Program-made: the position numbers and the translations under genes
Part shown: positions 58,080 to 64,000 of the stretch, piece by piece
Numbering within the stretch: position 1 is the stretch's first letter
How the letters are laid out: each line of letters begins with the position of its first letter
Notes under the pieces: generated by a model
What the model saw: the letters and a program-made list of their open reading frames with translations, nothing else
Told to the model about the DNA's origin: nothing
Database searches by the model: none
Assembly: GCA_002215675.1 (NCBI GenBank)
Contig: NGFH01000002.1
Location: forward strand, 76,975 to 140,974
Origin: Bacteroidetes bacterium 2013_40CM_41_45
GTDB lineage: Bacteria; Bacteroidota; Bacteroidia; AKYH767-A; 2013-40CM-41-45
Reading direction: 5' to 3'
Length of the DNA: 64,000 bases

Positions 58080-58080
58080 G

Positions 58081-58164
58081 TACCCGGAGTCGGAGTCGAA
58101 CCGACATGTTATTGCTAACACTGGTGTTTGAGACCAGCGCGTCTACCAATTCCGCCATCCGGGC
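58081..58164 (-). tRNA. tRNA-Leu(CAA)
   Basis: Reverse complement GCCCGGATGGCGGAATTGGTAGACGCGCTGGTCTCAAACACCAG...GGTTCGACTCCGACTCCGGGTA; anticodon loop CTCAAAC; long variable arm; CCA not encoded. Confidence 0.96.
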
Positions 58165-58288
58165 GGGTTTTTAACAAATTAAGTGGCGAAAATACCCATT
58201 AAAACGTAGTCTGCAGGGTAGAGAAACAATACTTTGCTGGCACATATAAAATTATTTAATTTGCGTCCCCTTTTCAGAGGGGATCAAC

Positions 58289-59251
58289 ATGCAGCAATAC
58301 CGCAATATCAAGTTGTTTTCGGGCACTTCGTCCCGATATCTCGCCGAAAAAATAGCGGAATCCTATGGCATTTCGCTTGGTGAGGTAACGTTAGCGCGTT
58401 TTAGCGATGGTGAATTTCAACCATCGTTTGATGAAACGGTTCGTGGCTGCGATGTATTTATTATTCAGTCTACCTTTTCGCCTACCGATAATTTATTTGA
58501 GTTGCTTATGATGATAGATGCTGCCAAAAGAGCATCGGCACATTATATCACCGCTGTAATTCCATACTTTGGATATGCAAGACAGGACCGGAAAGACAAA
58601 CCACGTGTTGCAATTGGAGCCAAGCTTGTTGCCAATCTTCTTACCGCAGCCGGAGCAACGCGCATTATGACGATGGATTTACATGCTCCTCAAATCCAGG
58701 GATTCTTCGATATTCCGGTTGACCACCTGGATGCCACTACTATGTTTGTTCCTTATATCGAATCGCTCAACTTAACGGACCTTGTAATTGCCGCGCCCGA
58801 CACGGGAAGCGCGCACCGTGCAAGAGTGTTTGCAAAATTCTTTAATGCCGAAATTGTTATTTGCGATAAGCATCGCAAACGTGCCAATGAAATAGAAAGC
58901 ATGACCGTGATAGGAGACGTGGAGGGAAAAAATGTAATCATCACCGATGACATTGTTGACACAGCAGGAACCATGACAAAGGCGGCATCATTACTTCGGG
59001 AAAAAGGAGCCCTTAGTGTAAGAGCAGTATGTACTCACCCAATTTTCTCCGGTAACGCATACGAACGAATTGATAAGTCATCGCTCGAAGAAGTGGTGGT
59101 CTGTGATACGATACCATTGAAAAAGAAATCAAACAAAATAAAAGTGCTGTCAACGGCAGAATTTTTTGCAGGAGTAATCCGTAATGTATACACCTACGAA
59201 TCTATAAGCCCGTTGTTTGCTAAAGAAAATGTTAATGCACCATCTGCTTAA
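58289..59251 (+). CDS. prs: Ribose-phosphate pyrophosphokinase
   Basis: FSDGE, PYFGYARQDRK, DLHAPQIQGFF, DDIVDTAGT. Confidence 0.98.
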   Translation: MQQYRNIKLFSGTSSRYLAEKIAESYGISLGEVTLARFSDGEFQPSFDETVRGCDVFIIQSTFSPTDNLFELLMMIDAAKRASAHYITAVIPYFGYARQDRKDKPRVAIGAKLVANLLTAAGATRIMTMDLHAPQIQGFFDIPVDHLDATTMFVPYIESLNLTDLVIAAPDTGSAHRARVFAKFFNAEIVICDKHRKRANEIESMTVIGDVEGKNVIITDDIVDTAGTMTKAASLLREKGALSVRAVCTHPIFSGNAYERIDKSSLEEVVVCDTIPLKKKSNKIKVLSTAEFFAGVIRNVYTYESISPLFAKENVNAPSA

Positions 59252-59263
59252 ATTCCATTTATT

Positions 59264-59959
59264 ATGAAATCAATTGCTATTGAAGTAACCAAAAGAAATG
59301 CCGGCACAAAGCAGGCAGTAAAAACTATTAGAAGCGAAGGCAAAGTTCCCTGCGTGCTATATGGAGGAAAGGATGTTATCCATTTTATGGCTCCCGAACT
59401 TTCGTTTCGTCATCTTGTGTATACACCTAATGTTTACACAGTGGATTTAAATATTGATGGAGAAACGCGCCAGGCAATCATGAAAGATATCCAGTTTCAT
59501 GCGGTCACGGATAAAATCCTTCATATTGATTTTCTGGAACTGAATCCTGATAAAAAAGTAGTGGTAGAAATTCCTCTTAAATTTTCAGGCAGCCCTGTGG
59601 GTGTGAGAGAAGGAGGAGAGCTGCGAACCAAAATCCGTAAGTTGAAAGTAAGGGCGCTGCCTGCTAATCTTCCCGATGAAATTGAAATTGATGTATCGGA
59701 CTTAAAAATCAGCGATGCCGTTCGTGTTAAAGACATAAAAGTAAAAGGCGCAGAAATTCTTGACCTGCCGAATAATATCATCACAGCGGTCAAGATTCCC
59801 AGAGTTATTGTTGAAGAAACACCGGCAGCAACGGAAGCAGCAGCAGTTCCGGGCGCAGAAGGCGCACCGGCAGCACCAGGCGCAGCTCCAGCTGCACCAG
59901 GCGCAGCCCCAGCCGCACCGGGCGCAGCCCCTGCCGCACCGGCACCAGCAAAAAAATAA
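59264..59959 (+). CDS. rplY: 50S ribosomal protein L25/Ctc with Ala-Pro-rich tail
   Basis: VPCVLYGG, QFHAVTDKILHIDF, GVREGG; prs-rplY-pth synteny. Confidence 0.97.
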   Translation: MKSIAIEVTKRNAGTKQAVKTIRSEGKVPCVLYGGKDVIHFMAPELSFRHLVYTPNVYTVDLNIDGETRQAIMKDIQFHAVTDKILHIDFLELNPDKKVVVEIPLKFSGSPVGVREGGELRTKIRKLKVRALPANLPDEIEIDVSDLKISDAVRVKDIKVKGAEILDLPNNIITAVKIPRVIVEETPAATEAAAVPGAEGAPAAPGAAPAAPGAAPAAPGAAPAAPAPAKK

Positions 59960-59980
59960 CAGCAGGAAATATTTTATATC

Positions 59981-60008
59981 AAAGGCGGAAGTTCTCTCCG
60001 CCTTTTTT
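59981..60008 (+). terminator. Terminator after rplY
   Basis: AAGGCGGA/TCCGCCTT followed by a T-run. Confidence 0.75.
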
Positions 60009-60019
60009 ATTTTTATATC

Positions 60020-60604
60020 GTGAAAAAATTTCTGATAGCAGGACTGGGAAACATCGGTGATGAATATGCGCGTACCCGCCATAACATCGGCTTTGATATT
60101 GCCGATGCATTGGCAGATGCGTTAGCAAAGGAAGACTCCGATAAAAAGTTTTTTTCTGACAGGAGGTATGCGATGATGACCTACAGAACTTTTAAGGGGA
60201 GAAAACTTACTATCATAAAACCATCTACATACATGAACCTGAGCGGCAAGGCAGTTAACTACTGGCTGACACAGGAAAATATTGAGCCTGAAAACCTTCT
60301 TGTTATAGCAGATGATATTGCATTGCCTTACGGGAAACTCAGGATAAAAAAGAAAGGAAGCGATGGCGGGCACAATGGCCTGACAAGTGTTATTGAAACT
60401 CTGGGGACCAATGAATTTCCCCGGCTTCGTTTTGGAGCAGGCAATGAATTCAGGAAAGGCGGACAGGTAGATTATGTTCTGGGTAAATGGAATGATGAAG
60501 AGAAAAAGGAGTTAAACGAAAAAATTTCTGCGGCAGTAGAATGTATAAAGAGCTTTGTAACTGCCGGAATAGAACATACTATGACCGACTTCAATAAAAA
60601 GTAG
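60020..60604 (+). CDS. pth: Peptidyl-tRNA hydrolase
   Basis: GLGNIG..Y..TRHNIGF, KPSTYMNLSG, GGHNGL. Confidence 0.97.
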   Translation: MKKFLIAGLGNIGDEYARTRHNIGFDIADALADALAKEDSDKKFFSDRRYAMMTYRTFKGRKLTIIKPSTYMNLSGKAVNYWLTQENIEPENLLVIADDIALPYGKLRIKKKGSDGGHNGLTSVIETLGTNEFPRLRFGAGNEFRKGGQVDYVLGKWNDEEKKELNEKISAAVECIKSFVTAGIEHTMTDFNKK

Positions 60605-60647
60605 CCTTTCAGAGAAAATTGTATTTTAGCTTTGATAATTTAACCCG

Positions 60648-61937
60648 ATGAAAAAAAATTATTTCAGATTAATCGCTTTTATTTTTTTGATAGCATCATT
60701 AAGCCCGCTTAAAGGAACTGCACAGCTTATACGATTGTCACAGGGCTTTGATAACTATATCGGTTCGGTTGCAACGGTTCCTGTCGGTTGGTATATATCG
60801 TGGAATTCCACTTCGTCTCCATCTTATTATATTACATCAGGAAATTACGGAGCTGCAATCCCCGCTTATAAATTTGCCAACAATGGCGATGAAATCATTA
60901 GCCCATATTTTCTTTCAGGGGATACCCTGAGGTTTTGGTATAAAGGACAAGGACTATTCAGTGCACAGAATTCACTCTCTATATTGTACTCATCAGACAG
61001 CACTAGTTGGAACATCCTGGTGAACCCCGATACATTACTTGTAACGGGCACAACATTTTCATATCCATTACCATGTCAGGCGCACTACCTCATGTTTATT
61101 TATCACCAGGTAAGCGGCAACCTGGCTTTTGATGATGTGCTTGTAACGATGACAAATTTCTCACCCGATGCTGTTGCTGTAACAACATTAAACCTGCATT
61201 GTGCCGGAGATACTGTTTGCTTTTTTGATATGTCGACCATGGCAGGTTGTGACAGCATCCTATCACGCGTATGGAATTTTGGTGACAGCACGGCAACAGA
61301 CAGCAGCGCAAGTCCTTGTCATATTTTTTCGCAGGCAGGAAATTACAACGTGAAACTTTTTGTTACTGCAAGCAACGGCAATAGCGATAGTACGTCATTA
61401 AACATAAGCATAAACCCCGTTCCGTCTGCGCAGTTCAGCGCTGTTAATACAACCGGAACAGTGGTTGACTTTACAGATTTATCTTCTGTTTCAAGTGGGA
61501 GTATTGCAAGCTGGTTCTGGAATTTCGCTGACTCTACGTTGTCTATTCAGCAAAACCCTATGCACGCTTTTCCTTCAGTTGGAACCTTCTTCGTTTGTCT
61601 TACCGCAACCTCCAGTTCAGGATGCCCGGCTACGGTTTGCGATTCAGTTTACGTTATAGGCGCAGGCGTTGAAGATTATCAATCAGAATTTCTTCCCGTA
61701 TCATTCACTCCTAACCCTGCACAAAATGAAATTGAAGTGCATGTGCCTGATGCAGGTGACTTATTGCCGCAGTTTGAAATGTTTGATTTGACGGGAAACA
61801 AATTTTTAATTTCAGGAGAAAGGATAAGGGAAGAAACATTTCACCTGGCGCTACCTCATGTTGCAGACGGAATTTACTTTTTGAAAGTTATGACGGACCG
61901 AAAATCTGCAGTGCTCAAGATTTTAATTGCGAATTAG
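60648..61937 (+). CDS. PKD-domain T9SS-secreted protein
   Basis: Signal peptide, WNFGD/WNFAD PKD repeats, PNPA...DGIYFL CTD. Confidence 0.85.
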   Translation: MKKNYFRLIAFIFLIASLSPLKGTAQLIRLSQGFDNYIGSVATVPVGWYISWNSTSSPSYYITSGNYGAAIPAYKFANNGDEIISPYFLSGDTLRFWYKGQGLFSAQNSLSILYSSDSTSWNILVNPDTLLVTGTTFSYPLPCQAHYLMFIYHQVSGNLAFDDVLVTMTNFSPDAVAVTTLNLHCAGDTVCFFDMSTMAGCDSILSRVWNFGDSTATDSSASPCHIFSQAGNYNVKLFVTASNGNSDSTSLNISINPVPSAQFSAVNTTGTVVDFTDLSSVSSGSIASWFWNFADSTLSIQQNPMHAFPSVGTFFVCLTATSSSGCPATVCDSVYVIGAGVEDYQSEFLPVSFTPNPAQNEIEVHVPDAGDLLPQFEMFDLTGNKFLISGERIREETFHLALPHVADGIYFLKVMTDRKSAVLKILIAN

Positions 61938-61938
61938 G

Positions 61939-64000
61939 CTATTTCAATCCCGGTTCGTTTTCGGTGAAATGAAATGCATAGCCTGTGCGCGGGTTATCCG
62001 CTTCCAGCTGATATAACGGTTCTATTACAGTTATAGGCTCTCCTGCCGTATCCGTAATTTCCAGGTGCCTGTCAGGCGCGTGACCGGATGTATCACTCAG
62101 TGTAAAAATAATTTCTTTACTATACCTGGAGGTCGCTTCCCCTATATATCCCTTGGGCTCGACAGGAAATTTCTGCTGCTGAATAAGGCGGCCCTCCGAA
62201 AAAAGAGCAACCTGCAAGTTGAATAAATTATCTTTTCTTTTTATCCCGAACGAAATAGCGCTCATCGCAGAATCAAACGGCAGCGCAATTTGTACATTCT
62301 TATCTATAGCAACCGGTATTCCGAAATCCCATTTCCGGTCGTAACATTTAATCAGCGAATCAGCAGGAACCACAAGACGTACATGTTGTTCTGCACCTGA
62401 ATTTTTTTTGAAAATTCTAAAGGCAGGCCATCCATTTTCACATATATCGTAAAATGATTTTACGGGAACATAATTGTTACTGTCCATGCTGTTCAGGATG
62501 AAGTCAAGTCCATGAGTTACTATAAACTGCGGTTTGAATATCCTGGTAACACTGTCAATATTGTTTTTGTAACGAGTGGATAGTTTTGAATTCAACCCCG
62601 TCATGTCAATCACATACGCTTTGGTATAGCGTGATATGTGACCATGCTGCGCAATCAAGGTATCCTTTTCACCGGTAATGGTAGCCAGGTATTTTCCTAT
62701 AGTAATTCTCTCATTCTCGGTGTAGTCGAGATAATTTTTCATCCAGATTCTCCCATAATATGTATCGAAGAATAAGAAAAGCCCTGCTCCCACAAAAAGC
62801 AAAGACCATGCATAAGGTTTGTAAGTTGAAATAAAAAATTCTTCCGAGATAAAATAAAAACTTACGGCAGTTTGAGCGAGCAGGAAAAAATCGGGCATAG
62901 CATAATACCATGTCATCCGCTCTATGGGATTATAGAAATAATAGAGAATCAAGGTAGAGATAAATCCAAAGCCGAACGCAAGAGAGCGGACCGAATATTT
63001 ACCGCGGGAGAATACCACCAGCAGCACGTGAACAATGAATAAGACGAGGAAGAGATAGAAAACAGGCATTCGAAATTCATTCTCTATAAAGTATTTCAGA
63101 AAAGGGAACCAATGGTCGCTGTCATGGAAATGGAAATATATTTTTGAATATGCCGACTGGGGCAACGGGCTGCCGAAAACAACAATTGCAAATAGTACCC
63201 ACGCACATAAAGGCAACAGGCAAAAAAGAATAAATTCTCTTAATGTTTTATTCTTCCACGAAACCGGGCGCAGGTTTTTTCTGTTCTGAATTAAATGAAT
63301 ACTTCCCAATGTTAAGGCGAGAGGAACGGCATCCAGCTTGGAAATAACCGATATGGTAAGCATGAGCCACATCGTTTTTGATTTTTCCGTAACGAAAAAA
63401 TAAATGGCCGACATTACGATGGCAAGGTGCACAGCTGTTTCCATGCCTGTCGTAACGGAGTTGAGAAAAAATTTACTGCCAAAAAGGATGAAGAGGAATG
63501 ATAGCAGCAATTGCAACAGGTTCATTCCGTATCGCTCCAGGATTTTCAGTAGAAAAAAGCAAATACAAAACAGCCCTGCCACCGAAGTAACAACAATGCT
63601 TTGGTCAGGAGTTACCAAATGCGTCATGCAAAGAATGCCGTTGATGATTCCATATGAGAATGATGATATTCCGAAAACCGGGCCATCCTGCGGATTGAAG
63701 GAATAGAAATATCCCCTGGCGAAATTGTCGAGATATCGCAAAAGAAAACCGGCATCGTCAAAAAGAATAAAGTTCCAATTGATAAAAATAAAAACGGTGG
63801 TGCTTGCAGAAAGTAGCAGGTACAAGGCCAGTCGCGTCCATTTAAAAGAAATTTTTTTTTCATTGCGAGCCAGCCAGCCAATAAGAATTGCCGTGCCGGC
63901 AAATAAAATTACGAAAGGAAAAATTCCTTCTTCATTGCGTTCTACAGATTGCCAAACGGCAGCTATAATTGCAACAATAAGAACCGAAATAGAAATTATT
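61939..64000 (-). CDS. Polytopic membrane protein, GT-C glycosyltransferase-like, 5'-truncated by the window edge
   Basis: DDAGFLLRY...GMET...IDMTGL motifs; the frame stays open from 63825 to the window end. Confidence 0.75.
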   Translation of the reverse strand, partial: IISISVLIVAIIAAVWQSVERNEEGIFPFVILFAGTAILIGWLARNEKKISFKWTRLALYLLLSASTTVFIFINWNFILFDDAGFLLRYLDNFARGYFYSFNPQDGPVFGISSFSYGIINGILCMTHLVTPDQSIVVTSVAGLFCICFFLLKILERYGMNLLQLLLSFLFILFGSKFFLNSVTTGMETAVHLAIVMSAIYFFVTEKSKTMWLMLTISVISKLDAVPLALTLGSIHLIQNRKNLRPVSWKNKTLREFILFCLLPLCAWVLFAIVVFGSPLPQSAYSKIYFHFHDSDHWFPFLKYFIENEFRMPVFYLFLVLFIVHVLLVVFSRGKYSVRSLAFGFGFISTLILYYFYNPIERMTWYYAMPDFFLLAQTAVSFYFISEEFFISTYKPYAWSLLFVGAGLFLFFDTYYGRIWMKNYLDYTENERITIGKYLATITGEKDTLIAQHGHISRYTKAYVIDMTGLNSKLSTRYKNNIDSVTRIFKPQFIVTHGLDFILNSMDSNNYVPVKSFYDICENGWPAFRIFKKNSGAEQHVRLVVPADSLIKCYDRKWDFGIPVAIDKNVQIALPFDSAMSAISFGIKRKDNLFNLQVALFSEGRLIQQQKFPVEPKGYIGEATSRYSKEIIFTLSDTSGHAPDRHLEITDTAGEPITVIEPLYQLEADNPRTGYAFHFTENEPGLK

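Larger units (their letters stand above)
13079..58080. mobile_element. Composite genomic island integrated at the 3' end of tRNA-Leu(CAA); left boundary uncertain
   Basis: Integrase directly adjacent to the tRNA 3' end, core genes on the far side, and cargo of ArdC, MTases, defence genes and a second integrase. No duplicated tRNA 3' end found in the window, so the island may extend past position 1. Confidence 0.6.

Noticed and set aside
57926-58174. Track ORFs 57926..58174 and 57931..58158
   Set aside because: They overlap the tRNA-Leu and att region; spurious translations.
59702-60082. Cys-rich 126-aa antisense ORF
   Set aside because: Shadow of the Ala-Pro repeat tail of rplY.

Overview
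AT-rich Bacteroidota DNA (T9SS C-terminal domains, TAnnTTTG promoter elements). The right end (58.3-64 kb) is core genome: prs-rplY-pth, a PKD/T9SS protein and a GT-C-like membrane protein. To its left, a tyrosine integrase module abuts the 3' end of tRNA-Leu(CAA), marking a large accessory island whose other boundary is not visible. The accessory DNA holds giant T9SS surface proteins (one with an N-terminal SpoIID/LytB domain), ArdC, a second nested integrase module with two DNA methyltransferases, and a defence cluster (GHKL ATPase, 2TM protein, sspBCD-like phosphorothioation genes). Two candidate undescribed systems stand out. (1) A compact RiPP locus: an unannotated 56-aa precursor with its own promoter, an intergenic hairpin, and a fused alphaKG-HExxH hydroxylase/SAM methyltransferase, with no radical SAM gene nearby. 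(2) An sspBCD operon in which the SspE/SspFGH position is taken by an HNH-less DUF262 protein and a Hanks-type Ser/Thr kinase. Several repeated structured non-coding elements are also present. All family calls come from motif recognition by eye; no database search was run.
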